Of a stretch of DNA of 64,000 nucleotides, positions 1 to 10,138 are shown piece after piece; position 1 is the first letter of the stretch; each line of letters begins with the position of its first letter. Both the position numbers and the translations under genes were made by a program. This DNA is from Sphingobacteriales bacterium (lineage in GTDB: Bacteria > Bacteroidota > Bacteroidia > Chitinophagales > LD1). The notes under the pieces were generated by a model that was not told the origin of the DNA, did not search any database, and worked only from the letters and a program-made list of their open reading frames with translations. The stretch spans positions 44,143 to 108,142 of the forward strand of contig JADFDM010000011.1 in assembly GCA_018262795.1 (NCBI GenBank). Reading direction: 5' to 3'.

Positions 1-1727
1 GCATGATCCTTGGGTCTAAAATACACGTAGGCGGTGTCGCTAATAGGAATTTCAAACACTCCTTTGAGGTCAATGTTATTATTCTTCAGATCAATAAAGT
101 CATTCCCCTTTTGCGGAGCAGAGGTGATACGGATAATATCGTAATCAATTTTCTTGGCATTGGCCAACACATAATTAATGGCCTTATCTTTCAGCGTGAC
201 TATTCCCTGATCTTCATCGTAAAGAATAAAGCCATTCTCGACTAATTCATAAAAAAGAGAGCGTGCCTGCTCCTCTGTCAATTTCGGATTCAGCGCCCGA
301 GCTACTTCTAAGGCATTCATTTCACGAGAGCCGGTTTTTTCGTACAATTTTTTGAGGATAGAAAGTGGTTCATACGAAGCTACACCCTGTATTTTTCGAA
401 TAATCTCTTTGTTGAAATAATTGACTGATTCAAATACTCCGGGTTTTACTCCCACTCCGGAAAGTATTTTCAGATTGAGGATAGATGAATCCAGATTCCA
501 GAAAATAGCATCGGTCTGAAATTCATGGTTGTGATAGGAGTCGTAAAATTTTGCTTTGCCTACTCCGGTCTCCCCTCTAAGGAGGCGCATTTCTCGCTTC
601 TGAATTTTGTAAACTAAGTTGAGCTGCGGATGGTAAATAGAATCTGTGCCAAAATAGATAGAAACCTCTGCTTTGCTGGCTCCGAGTTCTTCTCCCTTTT
701 TAATGTAAATAGCATTTGACCAGGCAGAAAGCACTTTTGTTTTTCCGTCTTTGGAATAGAAAATCAATTGCGAGCGAGTGTCTCCACTACCTGTGCCTAT
801 TACCTTACTTCCGTAAAGTCCGAAACCACCTCGATAGGATACATTCGGAGCAATATCTTTGATCTCCATGTCGGCATTGTACGATTCGAAACGCGGATAC
901 CCAAGGCCGCTGGAGTCGCCTCCCGAAACTATTTTATCAGTGAGTTTGCCTAACACCGGCTGCTTAAAATACTCGGGGAAATAAAAAGAGACTGAGTCAA
1001 TAGAATAGATGTAGTTATTGATATTGATGGAGTAATTTTTAAAAGTGCAATACGCCTTTGAACCATCCAGCCCTGCGCGCCCCCAATCCACCTTGCCGGA
1101 CTTTCCTACCCACTTCTGCTCCAAGGGCAAATAGCTGCCTTCAGTCTGTTTCACGGAAATGGTATCGCCCCTTGCAAATCCCTTTAAAGTAGTAACCGGG
1201 AAGCTCACTTTAGGTTGGCCATCTTCATACACCAATTTATAATCGGGGCTTTCTACCATCCACGTTTTGGTGTTGGAAGAAATAAGCGCCTCATCCGCGA
1301 AAAAGGAATTAGAAAACTCCACCATTTTAAGGAAGTCATTGTTGTATCCCTTCTTCTGATGTTGTGCCACCTCATCCAGCACTTTGCTCCATTGAGTAAA
1401 CTGTTCATCAGTTTTTGCAGCAATGGCGGCATTATTTACCGCAGTGAGGTAATTGTAAAAGTGAGTAGCAGGAGCCATCAACCTACCCGCCATAATATTT
1501 GAGGTAGTGATAATTTCCGCAATCCAGGCATCTGTAATCTTTCCGTCCTTCATCAGCTTTTTAAAATCATCCATGGTGCGCTGATTCTGTGGAATTTTAG
1601 AAGCGGTCATAAACTGCTCTAACTCCTTCAAAAATTTGTCCTTGTCGGTACTGAAGGAGGTGACCAGTTGGGTATGCCCCCATGAGTAGCTGGCAAGGCA
1701 GGCAATGAGTATAATAAGTCTTTTCAT
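1..1727 (-). CDS. Large secreted hypothetical protein, 3' end runs off the window (partial)
   Basis: Not in ORF track. Manual translation from ATG at 1727 gives MKRLIILIACLASYSWGHTQLVTSFSTDKDKF... with a signal peptide and an open frame to base 1. Co-oriented with and directly downstream of prmA. Confidence 0.8.
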   Translation of the reverse strand, partial: MKRLIILIACLASYSWGHTQLVTSFSTDKDKFLKELEQFMTASKIPQNQRTMDDFKKLMKDGKITDAWIAEIITTSNIMAGRLMAPATHFYNYLTAVNNAAIAAKTDEQFTQWSKVLDEVAQHQKKGYNNDFLKMVEFSNSFFADEALISSNTKTWMVESPDYKLVYEDGQPKVSFPVTTLKGFARGDTISVKQTEGSYLPLEQKWVGKSGKVDWGRAGLDGSKAYCTFKNYSININNYIYSIDSVSFYFPEYFKQPVLGKLTDKIVSGGDSSGLGYPRFESYNADMEIKDIAPNVSYRGGFGLYGSKVIGTGSGDTRSQLIFYSKDGKTKVLSAWSNAIYIKKGEELGASKAEVSIYFGTDSIYHPQLNLVYKIQKREMRLLRGETGVGKAKFYDSYHNHEFQTDAIFWNLDSSILNLKILSGVGVKPGVFESVNYFNKEIIRKIQGVASYEPLSILKKLYEKTGSREMNALEVARALNPKLTEEQARSLFYELVENGFILYDEDQGIVTLKDKAINYVLANAKKIDYDIIRITSAPQKGNDFIDLKNNNIDLKGVFEIPISDTAYVYFRPKDH

Positions 1728-1739
1728 TTTACTTTTTGT

Positions 1740-2564
1740 TTAAGGCTGCTTGATAGAGATAGCTAACCAACCGTTGTTTCGTAGTATTTTATCAGCAAAT
1801 AGCTTGAGGCGTTTCACTTCGCGCATGATAATAGCTTCGTCACTTTGTAAAATGCCGCTAATAATGAGCACTCCTTTTTCTTTCATCAAGGTCTTCCATT
1901 TTTCCATGTTTTTTAGAATGACTTGCCGATTAATATTCGCCAGAATAATATCAAATTTCTCTTCGAATACCATCGTATCATCTCCCTTCAAACAATGAAT
2001 ATGAACGCAACTGTTGCTTTCCGTATTTTCTAAACAATTGCGGTAGGCCCATTCTTCGTAGTCAACAGCAATTATTTTAGCTGCTTTTAACTTCTCGGCC
2101 AATATCGCTAACACCCCGGTTCCGCTACCAAAATCAAGCACCTTTTTTTCTGTAAAATCAGTTTCCATCATCATCGCAATCACCGAAGCAGTAGTAGCAT
2201 GATGTCCCGTGCCGAAACTCATCTTAGGTTCAATAATAATTTCGTATTCTGTTTTCAGCGGGGCGTGAAACGGGGCGCGAATTCCCACTTTGCCGGCTAC
2301 TACAATCGGTTCAAAGTTTTTCTCCCACTCCTCATTCCAGTTTTTCTCCGGCACTTCGCTTTGCTCAAAGGTGATATGGTGTAAGTCATTATCAAACAAC
2401 ACTTCTTTTACCAACAATGGTCGGATGTAAGCCGCTTTCACATATCCCTTTAGCGAATCAGAAGTTTCTTCAAAACCTTCAAAGTGATGTTCGTTGAGAA
2501 TGGCTATTAACCATTCGCGCTCACCTTCATCTTTGGTAAAGAAATCGTACATCATATATTTCAT
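1740..2564 (-). CDS. prmA: Ribosomal protein L11 methyltransferase
   Basis: PKMSFGTGHHATT, VLDFGSGTGVLAI and ILANIN motifs. Confidence 0.95.
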   Translation of the reverse strand: MKYMMYDFFTKDEGEREWLIAILNEHHFEGFEETSDSLKGYVKAAYIRPLLVKEVLFDNDLHHITFEQSEVPEKNWNEEWEKNFEPIVVAGKVGIRAPFHAPLKTEYEIIIEPKMSFGTGHHATTASVIAMMMETDFTEKKVLDFGSGTGVLAILAEKLKAAKIIAVDYEEWAYRNCLENTESNSCVHIHCLKGDDTMVFEEKFDIILANINRQVILKNMEKWKTLMKEKGVLIISGILQSDEAIIMREVKRLKLFADKILRNNGWLAISIKQP

Positions 2565-2566
2565 GC

Positions 2567-3319
2567 CTACACCGATTGAATGATTGAAATGAAATCGTTT
2601 GCTTTTAGAGAAGCGCCCCCTATCAATCCACCATCTACATCGGCACCTCTGAAAAGCGCAGCCGCATTATCCGGCTTACAACTTCCCCCATATAAAATAC
2701 GTGTTTGCAGCGCCATGGCCTTTCCGAATTGCTCCGCCATTTTGCCGCGAATAAAAGCGTGCATCTGCTGGGCCTGTTCCGGAGTGGCATTCAAACCGGA
2801 ACCAATCGCCCATACCGGTTCGTAAGCAATCACCACTTGCAGCATATCTTCATCGCTCAGAGCAAAAAGACTTTCTTCTAATTGTTTAGAAACATATTCC
2901 TCCTGAGTGCCGGCTTGCCGAATATCGAGCGGTTCACCGCAACAAAACACTACTTTCAATGGATGGCGCAATGCCACTTTTAGTTTTTCTTTCAGCACTT
3001 CATTGGTTTCTCCAAATAACTCCCTGCGTTCAGAATGGCCAATGATTAAATATTCCACACCGATGGAGGACAACATAGCTGCCGATACCTCTCCGGTAAA
3101 TGCCCCCGATTCTTTGGCGCTGCAATTTTGCGCTCCTACTTTCACTCCGCTATCTTTTAATAGTGCGACTGCTTCAGTGAGATAAATGAAGGAGGGAAAC
3201 ACAATGACTTCACCGTCAAAACCCGATTTCCAATCGCGGACATCACGAATTAACTGCATCGCTTCGGAGTGCGACAGGTTCATCTTCCAGTTCCCGGCAA
3301 TAATTTTTTTTCTGCTCAT
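2567..3319 (-). CDS. tpiA: Triosephosphate isomerase
   Basis: IAGNWKMN, IGHSERR, AYEPVWAIG, DGGLIGGASL. Confidence 0.98.
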   Translation of the reverse strand: MSRKKIIAGNWKMNLSHSEAMQLIRDVRDWKSGFDGEVIVFPSFIYLTEAVALLKDSGVKVGAQNCSAKESGAFTGEVSAAMLSSIGVEYLIIGHSERRELFGETNEVLKEKLKVALRHPLKVVFCCGEPLDIRQAGTQEEYVSKQLEESLFALSDEDMLQVVIAYEPVWAIGSGLNATPEQAQQMHAFIRGKMAEQFGKAMALQTRILYGGSCKPDNAAALFRGADVDGGLIGGASLKANDFISIIQSV

Positions 3320-3328
3320 TTCTACAAC

Positions 3329-4537
3329 CTACTTCTTGTTTTCTTTTCGATATTTTTCCTCTCGCTCAAAAACTGTTTTCATAATCTGCCAATCTGCCTC
3401 TTCCATTTTCAGCCCTCTGCGTTGCACCATCCGATTGGCTACTTCCATCGCTTTATCAAAAGTAAAAGTGCGCAGCCAAGCAGCGCCACCCCAACTAAAT
3501 GAGGGGATAAACTTTGGCGGGAAGTCCGCTCCGAAAATATTGGAAGAAACACCGACTACGGTGCCGGTGTTAAACATGGTGTTGATGCCGCACTTGGAAT
3601 GATCGCCCATCAATAAGCCACAGAACTGAAGTCCGGTATCAACGGCTTTCCCTTCGCGATAGCTGAATACATCCACCTCACCATAATTATTTTTCAGATT
3701 GCTGTTATTGGTATCCGCTCCCAAGTTACACCACTCACCAATCACCGAATTGCCCAGAAAGCCGTCATGCGCTTTGTTGCTGTAGCCAAACATCACTACA
3801 TTATTCAATTCACCACCTGCTTTGCAGTGAGGTCCCAGCGTAGTAGAGCCATATACTTTTGCTCCCATCTTGAGCGCGGAATGCTCCCCTAAAGCCAGCG
3901 GTCCGCGCACGGTGCAACCTTCCATTAGCTCTGCTTCTTTCCCAATATATACCGGACCAGCGTTGGTGTTGAGGATACAGGCCTCTACTTTTGCGCCTTC
4001 TTCTAAAAAAATATTTTCCAAAGAGCCGATCACCGTGTTGCTATTGCTCAATGGCTGCGATTCTCTACCCTTTGTAAGGGCTACAAAATCCTCTTGCAAG
4101 GCCGCCCCATTCATACGAAAAATATCCCAGGGGTAAGCGATGGCCTGAACGGAAGAAGAATAGTTCACCGTAGTAAATCCTTTGGCAATAGCTTCAAAAT
4201 TTTGATAATTCAGATGATGCTTTTCACTTTTGAAAGCAATCAGATTTCCATTGGCCACCAGCGATTGCAAAGCGCCTAATTCTCGAATAGCCTGCACCAA
4301 TTTTTCCTCCGGCAAAACGGCTCCATTAATATACAAAGCCGGAGCAGTGCCGGAAGGAGGAATAAATTTTCCGTACAAATAATCTTCCGTCAGGCTACAA
4401 GAAGTTCCACCAAAACTGCGTTCCCATTTTTCGCGGATAGTGGTGATTCCTAAACGGATGTCGGCCACCGGTCGGGTAAAGGTGAACGGAAGCAGATTTT
4501 CTCTGGTAGAACGACTATCAAACAGAATGATGTTCAT
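3329..4537 (-). CDS. GlmU-like putative sugar nucleotidyltransferase/acetyltransferase (Bacteroidota type, hexapeptide repeats)
   Basis: LLPFTFTRPVADIRLGITTIREKW N-terminus and NKAHDGFLGNSVIGEWCNLGADTN left-handed beta-helix. Start moved to MNIILFD (4537). Confidence 0.85.
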   Translation of the reverse strand: MNIILFDSRSTRENLLPFTFTRPVADIRLGITTIREKWERSFGGTSCSLTEDYLYGKFIPPSGTAPALYINGAVLPEEKLVQAIRELGALQSLVANGNLIAFKSEKHHLNYQNFEAIAKGFTTVNYSSSVQAIAYPWDIFRMNGAALQEDFVALTKGRESQPLSNSNTVIGSLENIFLEEGAKVEACILNTNAGPVYIGKEAELMEGCTVRGPLALGEHSALKMGAKVYGSTTLGPHCKAGGELNNVVMFGYSNKAHDGFLGNSVIGEWCNLGADTNNSNLKNNYGEVDVFSYREGKAVDTGLQFCGLLMGDHSKCGINTMFNTGTVVGVSSNIFGADFPPKFIPSFSWGGAAWLRTFTFDKAMEVANRMVQRRGLKMEEADWQIMKTVFEREEKYRKENKK

Positions 4538-4722
4538 GCGCTTAAAAATAGAAAGTTCCCTTAATAAGGAATATGAAATGGCGAAAGCTAACAAAAAGCC
4601 TGTCTGTATGATTTTTGCGGGCATCTCTTTAGGCCGTTTCTTGTTTTTAATAAATGTACGCCTGTATGTGATGAAAGAAATTATTTTTAGATGACAATTA
4701 GGTATAGATTGCCTCTTTAAAT

Positions 4723-5643
4723 ATGACTTACATGACCTTTTCAAAATACATTAAACAGCTTGGTCATTCATTACTGATTGCTACTTTCCTGCTCCATGTA
4801 TTGTTCATCGGCTCTTGCAAAAAAGGTTCTTCGCCAAGCGGTGAGTTTTCGGTGATGAGTTATAACATTGCCGGCTTGCCCGAACCCTTTTCTTCCTCCC
4901 ATCCTGCTACTTACACTTCCATCATCAGCCCGCTGTTGAACGAACATAATATTGTTCAGGTGCAAGAAGATTTTTGCTATCACGATTCCGTATTGTTGTT
5001 TGAGCATCACCCTTACAAAACGCAAACCTCCGGCTGCATTCCTCAGGGAAGCGGATTGAATACTTTTTCCGATTTCCCCATTAATAATTATGTGCGAGTG
5101 CCTTGGGTGACCTGTTCCGGTTTTGATTGCATGACTCCCAAAGGATTTAGTTATTCGCAAATAGAAATTCGCGGTGGAACCTTTATAGATGTATATAACG
5201 TACATGCCAATGCCGGCTCATCCGATGAAGGATGCTCTGCCCGGAGAGGGAATATCGAACAACTCAGCAATTATATCCATGAGCATTCACAAGGCAAGGC
5301 GGTGATTGTAATGGGTGACTTTAACAGCCGCTACACCCGCAGTTTGGACACTATCCGAGCGATGGCCGATCTGGGGTTTCACGATGTGTGGATTGATCTT
5401 ATCTGCCATCATCAAATTCCCGATACCGGAATAGCTAACCTGACAAACTGCGATCCACCACGCACTCAGCCCGATTGCGAAAGAGTAGATAAAATATTTT
5501 ATCGCAACAACGGAACCATTACGTTGGAACCCACCTTCTATCAAGTGGATGATTCCCGATTTTATTATCAGGGAAATGATACTATGCCTTTATCCGACCA
5601 CTGGCCTGTATTTGCCAAGTTTAACTACAAGATTTCAGAATAG
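4723..5643 (+). CDS. Endonuclease/exonuclease/phosphatase (sphingomyelinase-like) lipoprotein
   Basis: SYNIAGL, VQEDF, MGDFN, VDKIFY and SDHWPV motifs; lipobox-like GSC. Confidence 0.85.
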   Translation: MTYMTFSKYIKQLGHSLLIATFLLHVLFIGSCKKGSSPSGEFSVMSYNIAGLPEPFSSSHPATYTSIISPLLNEHNIVQVQEDFCYHDSVLLFEHHPYKTQTSGCIPQGSGLNTFSDFPINNYVRVPWVTCSGFDCMTPKGFSYSQIEIRGGTFIDVYNVHANAGSSDEGCSARRGNIEQLSNYIHEHSQGKAVIVMGDFNSRYTRSLDTIRAMADLGFHDVWIDLICHHQIPDTGIANLTNCDPPRTQPDCERVDKIFYRNNGTITLEPTFYQVDDSRFYYQGNDTMPLSDHWPVFAKFNYKISE

Positions 5644-5687
5644 AGTGTAATCGTATCGGACTTACAGACCTCTTCTTGAATGGTCAC

Positions 5688-5716
5688 AAAAAAAGCGGAG
5701 CCGTAAGACTCCGCTT
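5688..5716. terminator. Intrinsic terminator hairpin
   Basis: aaaaaaagcggag-ccgtaaga-ctccgctt; U-tail on the minus strand. Confidence 0.7.
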
Positions 5717-5770
5717 GAAAGTTATCTGAAACGACACCATTCCCCCCGAAATAGATGCCGCTCAGAAAAC
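5688..5770 (-). ncRNA. Candidate small RNA (G.U-rich hairpin plus intrinsic terminator)
   Basis: On minus strand: -7-like TATTTTAGC (5774-5782), long hairpin 5725-5766, then GCGGAG/CTCCGC terminator with a T7 tail. Confidence 0.4.
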
Positions 5771-5992
5771 AATGCTAAAATAGCTAAACCTTCCTCCTCC
5801 TTGTAAAGTGCCATACATAATTTTTATTCTCATGGCTCCCCTGCCGGTAAGATGAGTGCCAAGAAACTTGCGCAGCGTTCCCGAAATGGGAAAGTCAGCT
5901 ATAACCTATTGTAAGTATCTGGAAATTAGTTATGTTGCTCTCTATCGGAGATAGCTTTATGTTTTCACCACTCCGGTATTAAAAAGTAGAGC

Positions 5993-7525
5993 ATGAGAGA
6001 AGCCGTTCGTTTTACCTTGATAGCTTTATTAATCGTAGTCATACTGACGGGCACTTTTAGGTGGCCTTTATACGGCTCCATTGTCATAGGAATATTTTTA
6101 TTCACTATGGGGCTATATGACATATTCCAAAAGGAGCGTTCCATACTTCGCAACTTCCCGCTGCTGGGTCACATGCGCTACTTCCTTGAACTCCTCCGCC
6201 CCGAATTGCATCAGTATTTTGTAGAATCCAATACCGATGGCAAACCCATTGACCGCAATCATCGCACCTATATTTATGCACGAGCCAAATTAGAGAGAGA
6301 CACCCACCCCTTTGGCACAGAACTGGAAGTGAACGAAGAAAATTTTATGTGGATGCAACATAGCATTTATCCTGTTGCTGTGCTACCTCAAGCTCCACGG
6401 GTAATGATGGGTGGTTCACACTGCAAGCGGCCCTATTCCGCCAGTCTTTTCAATATTTCAGCCATGAGTTATGGCTCTCTTAGCAAAAACGCTATAATGG
6501 CGCTAAACTTAGGTGCCCAAGCCGGAAATTTTTATCACAATACCGGGGAGGGTGGTATTTCTGAATATCACTTGCAGGGAGGTGATTTAGTATTTGAAAT
6601 AGGAACCGGCTACTTTGGTTGCCGCACTCATGACGGACATTTTTCTCCGGAAGAGTTTAGCAAGAAAGCTGCTTTACCGGAAGTGAAAATGATAGAACTA
6701 AAAATATCGCAGGGCGCTAAACCCGGTCACGGTGGGGTGTTGCCTGCCGCCAAAAACAATAAAGAGATTGCACACATCCGAGGGGTGAAACCACATACAA
6801 CTATCCTTTCACCTCCGGGTCACAGCACCTTTAGCGATCCGGCAGGATTGCTTCGGTTTATACAACAGTTGCGCGAACTCTCGGGCGGCAAGCCTATCGG
6901 TTTTAAACTATCTATAGGCAGCAAGAAGGAGTTCATTGAAATATGCGAGCAAATGGTAGCCACCGGCATAAAGCCCGATTTTATTACTGTAGATGGTGCC
7001 GAAGGCGGAACCGGTGCTGCTCCGATTGATTTCTCCAATTACGTGGGAATGCCTTGGGAGAATGCTCTCATTTTTGTAGTGGACACCTTGCACTATTATA
7101 ACTTGAAGAAAGATATCCGCATCGTTACGGCCACCAAAATATTTACCGCCTTCGATATTTTCAAAGCGCTTTGTATCGGTGCCGATATCTGCAACTCTGC
7201 GCGGGGAATGATGCTGGCTCTCGGTTGCATTCAAGCCTTGATTTGCGACACCAACCGATGCCCCACCGGTGTTACCTCAAATAATCCGAGATTGATGCGA
7301 GGTTTGGCGGTCTCTGATAAATGGCAACGGGTGAAAAACTATCAGCAAAAAACATTAGCCGACTTTACAGAGTTATTTGCTGCTGCGGGGTGTACGGAAC
7401 TCAGCCAACTCAACCGTCACCTAATCCACAAAAAAGTAAACGGTAAGATATGCTCCTATCAGGAATTGTATCCTTTGCCTGCCACTCTCGCAAGCGGTAT
7501 CTCAGTGTCGCCCACACACATTTAA
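5993..7525 (+). CDS. FMN-binding glutamate synthase family protein
   Basis: SAMSYGSLS, NTGEGG, KISQGAKPGHGG, DGAEGGTGAAP, CIQALICDTNRCPTG (3Fe-4S motif). Confidence 0.92.
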   Translation: MREAVRFTLIALLIVVILTGTFRWPLYGSIVIGIFLFTMGLYDIFQKERSILRNFPLLGHMRYFLELLRPELHQYFVESNTDGKPIDRNHRTYIYARAKLERDTHPFGTELEVNEENFMWMQHSIYPVAVLPQAPRVMMGGSHCKRPYSASLFNISAMSYGSLSKNAIMALNLGAQAGNFYHNTGEGGISEYHLQGGDLVFEIGTGYFGCRTHDGHFSPEEFSKKAALPEVKMIELKISQGAKPGHGGVLPAAKNNKEIAHIRGVKPHTTILSPPGHSTFSDPAGLLRFIQQLRELSGGKPIGFKLSIGSKKEFIEICEQMVATGIKPDFITVDGAEGGTGAAPIDFSNYVGMPWENALIFVVDTLHYYNLKKDIRIVTATKIFTAFDIFKALCIGADICNSARGMMLALGCIQALICDTNRCPTGVTSNNPRLMRGLAVSDKWQRVKNYQQKTLADFTELFAAAGCTELSQLNRHLIHKKVNGKICSYQELYPLPATLASGISVSPTHI

Positions 7526-7679
7526 TTTTACGGCAAAGATTGATTTTCATAATCCGTTTGTAACGGCACAGAAGACATATCATTAAGTTGCATCAAAATG
7601 GTTCTATCTATCCATTTTCATCCATTCGCTTTAACTATTTTCGTTCGTTATTGATTGAACTTACTAAAAGAATCAGCAA

Positions 7680-8135
7680 ATGATTACTCTACAAGAAGGA
7701 GATAAAGCTCCGGCATTTAAAACGAAAGATCAGGATGGGAAAACGGTATCGCTTAAAGACTATTTGGGCAAAAGGGTAATTCTTTATTTCTATCCGCAAG
7801 ATGATACCCCCACCTGCACTCAAGAAGCCTGCAACTTTCGCGATAACTTCGCCTTATTGAAAAAGCAGGGTTATACCATTCTGGGAGTGAGTCCCGATTC
7901 CCCCGAATCGCACACCAAGTTCATTCAAAAGTTTAAACTGCCTTTCACGTTGTTAGCCGATGAAGAGAAGAAAATCATTAATGCCTATGGCGTATGGGGT
8001 CCCAAAAAGTTGTACGGCAGAGAATACGAAGGCATTTACCGAAGCACTTTTGTAATAGATGAAAAGGGAAAGATTGAGAAGATTGTTCGCAGAGTGCTGT
8101 CGAAAAAAGCAACGGAACAAGTAATGAAATCTTAA
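7680..8135 (+). CDS. bcp: Thioredoxin-dependent thiol peroxidase (BCP/PrxQ)
   Basis: YFYPQDDTPTCTQEACNFRD. Confidence 0.93.
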   Translation: MITLQEGDKAPAFKTKDQDGKTVSLKDYLGKRVILYFYPQDDTPTCTQEACNFRDNFALLKKQGYTILGVSPDSPESHTKFIQKFKLPFTLLADEEKKIINAYGVWGPKKLYGREYEGIYRSTFVIDEKGKIEKIVRRVLSKKATEQVMKS

Positions 8136-8191
8136 CAGCCAAAAATCTTGTCGCAACAACAATTTTTTATTTCTTTGAGAAAACTAAGCGA

Positions 8192-9067
8192 ATGAAAAAG
8201 AACCATTTACTACTCACCGCATTGATTGTCCTTGTCTTTATTTTGGTGGATACTACTAAAGTAAACTCTCACGTTAATTATCCTGATCCGGGGAATTGTG
8301 GCGATCCGGTCACCAATGTAACTTGCGCTCAAAGCGGATGCCATGCTTCTCCTTCACAGGTGGCTACCCCTAATGATTTTACTTTAACGATAGGTACCGG
8401 CACTCCTACTACTCCACTGTCAAGCAGTTTTAAATACGCTCCCAATACAACTTACAACATTGCTTTGCTTTTAAATGCTTTTCTGAGTAATCCCTATTAC
8501 GGATTTCAAATTACTGCGTTAGATGCCAGCAATACTAAAGCAGGTTCTTTTACAGTTTCTAATGCGGGTACCACAAAAATTACCACGGCAGGCCCCTACG
8601 AATACATGGGGCATTTGAATGCTAACTCTACTCACAACTGGGTTTTCAAGTGGACTTCACCAGCCGCCTCTACCGGCCCTGTTTCTTTTTATTTCGCATT
8701 TAATGAAGCCAGTGTAGCCTCTCCTCCACCCACAGTACCTGTAGGAACCATTTACACAGGTAATGTAACTATTCAGCCTAATTCTACCGGCATCAATGAT
8801 TTGTCTGAAACAATTTCAGGTCTTCAGGTGTTTCCCAATCCTGTTACCAATGAGTTAGGGCTTTCACTCACTATGAAACAAAATGCTACCGTTCAAGCAG
8901 GATTATACAATCTGAATGGTGAATTCGTGAATGAATTGATGAATCGCTCGGTAAATGAAGGCACTGCTGATTTTACTTTTAATACCGGCAACCTTGCTTC
9001 CGGCATTTATCTGATAAAAGTAGCCGTAGGTGATCAATTCATATCGAAAAAGATATTTCGCCAATAA
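8192..9067 (+). CDS. T9SS-secreted Reeler-like (choice-of-anchor V type) protein with CX4CH motif
   Basis: Signal peptide, TCAQSGCH, YGFQITALD, WVFKWTSPA...VSFY, C-terminal VFPNP...GIYLIKV...KKI T9SS CTD. Confidence 0.75.
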   Translation: MKKNHLLLTALIVLVFILVDTTKVNSHVNYPDPGNCGDPVTNVTCAQSGCHASPSQVATPNDFTLTIGTGTPTTPLSSSFKYAPNTTYNIALLLNAFLSNPYYGFQITALDASNTKAGSFTVSNAGTTKITTAGPYEYMGHLNANSTHNWVFKWTSPAASTGPVSFYFAFNEASVASPPPTVPVGTIYTGNVTIQPNSTGINDLSETISGLQVFPNPVTNELGLSLTMKQNATVQAGLYNLNGEFVNELMNRSVNEGTADFTFNTGNLASGIYLIKVAVGDQFISKKIFRQ

Positions 9068-9448
9068 ATGAAAAAATTGTTGTGGCCGGTGGTGATGGTT
9101 TCTCTGATTGTACTTTACAGTTCTTGTGCAAAAGATGTAGCGGAAAAGCCTTCGGCTATTGATTGCTCTACGATTGATCCATCCATCAATACCTATACTC
9201 TAAACATCAAAAAAATAATTGACGGCAACTGCGCCACGGTCAATTGTCACGATGCTGTTTTTCATACGGCCTCCGGCATTTCATTGGCTACTTATGCCGA
9301 AGTGAAAGCTGAATTTGAAAAAGGAACAGTGATGGGTTCGGTGACACATTCCCCCGGCTTTATTGCTATGCCACAGAATTCACCAAAACTGGCAGACAGT
9401 TTGATTACTTATATGCAGTGTTGGGCAGATAATAATTACCCCCAATAG
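9068..9448 (+). CDS. Cytochrome c-like lipoprotein (CX4CH ... MP)
   Basis: Lipobox YSSC, NCATVNCH, distal MPQ and C-terminal W. Confidence 0.65.
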   Translation: MKKLLWPVVMVSLIVLYSSCAKDVAEKPSAIDCSTIDPSINTYTLNIKKIIDGNCATVNCHDAVFHTASGISLATYAEVKAEFEKGTVMGSVTHSPGFIAMPQNSPKLADSLITYMQCWADNNYPQ

Positions 9449-9469
9449 CGTTCAAGTAATAAAGCCGTT

Positions 9470-10042
9470 ATGAAGAATCTGTTTGTGTTGTTTCTGCTCA
9501 CTGGTATTCCGTTTTTGCACGGCAAGGCTCAAGTTGACAAATATGCCAACACCTATTCCTGCACAGGAGGAAGTATTCACTTTTTCTCCAGTACTCCTTT
9601 AGAGAATATTGATGCCACCTCGAAAAAAGCGGTGTGTGTGCTGAATACCGAAACTAAAAAAGTGTATGCCAAAGTGCAGATGAGTAGTTTTGTTTTTACG
9701 AAGCGTTTGATGCAGGAGCATTTTAATGAAAACTACATGGAGAGCGATAAGTTTCCTTTCGGAGTATTAGACGCGGTCATTACAAATGATTTAGACTTTA
9801 CAAAGGATGGTACTTATGACGTTACTTTGAAAGGAACCTTTGAAGTGCATGGCGTAAAACAGAATAGGGAAATTCCTGGCAAGCTCACTATTACAAACGG
9901 GCAACCCTTTAGAGCTACCGCAGCGTTTACCGTAAAATTAGCCGACCACAACATTAAGATACCGCAGGCAGTCATACTGAAGATTGCAGAAGATACTAAA
10001 GTGGATGTTGACTTTTTGTTTGAAAAGTACAGTAAGAATTAA
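9470..10042 (+). CDS. YceI family protein
   Basis: FFSSTPLENIDA, LMQEHFNENYMESDKFP, HGVK. Confidence 0.88.
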   Translation: MKNLFVLFLLTGIPFLHGKAQVDKYANTYSCTGGSIHFFSSTPLENIDATSKKAVCVLNTETKKVYAKVQMSSFVFTKRLMQEHFNENYMESDKFPFGVLDAVITNDLDFTKDGTYDVTLKGTFEVHGVKQNREIPGKLTITNGQPFRATAAFTVKLADHNIKIPQAVILKIAEDTKVDVDFLFEKYSKN

Positions 10043-10068
10043 ATTCTCTTACACTCCTCCATATAAAT

Positions 10069-10100
10069 TCAAAGGGCGATTAATTAAAATCGCCCTTTGA
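10069..10100. other. Intercistronic stem-loop
   Basis: tcaaagggcgatt ... aatcgccctttga inverted repeat between yceI and the DUF5777 gene. Confidence 0.6.
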
Positions 10101-10138
10101 ATTTTAAGCCAAACCGGAATACTATTTATTATTACAGC

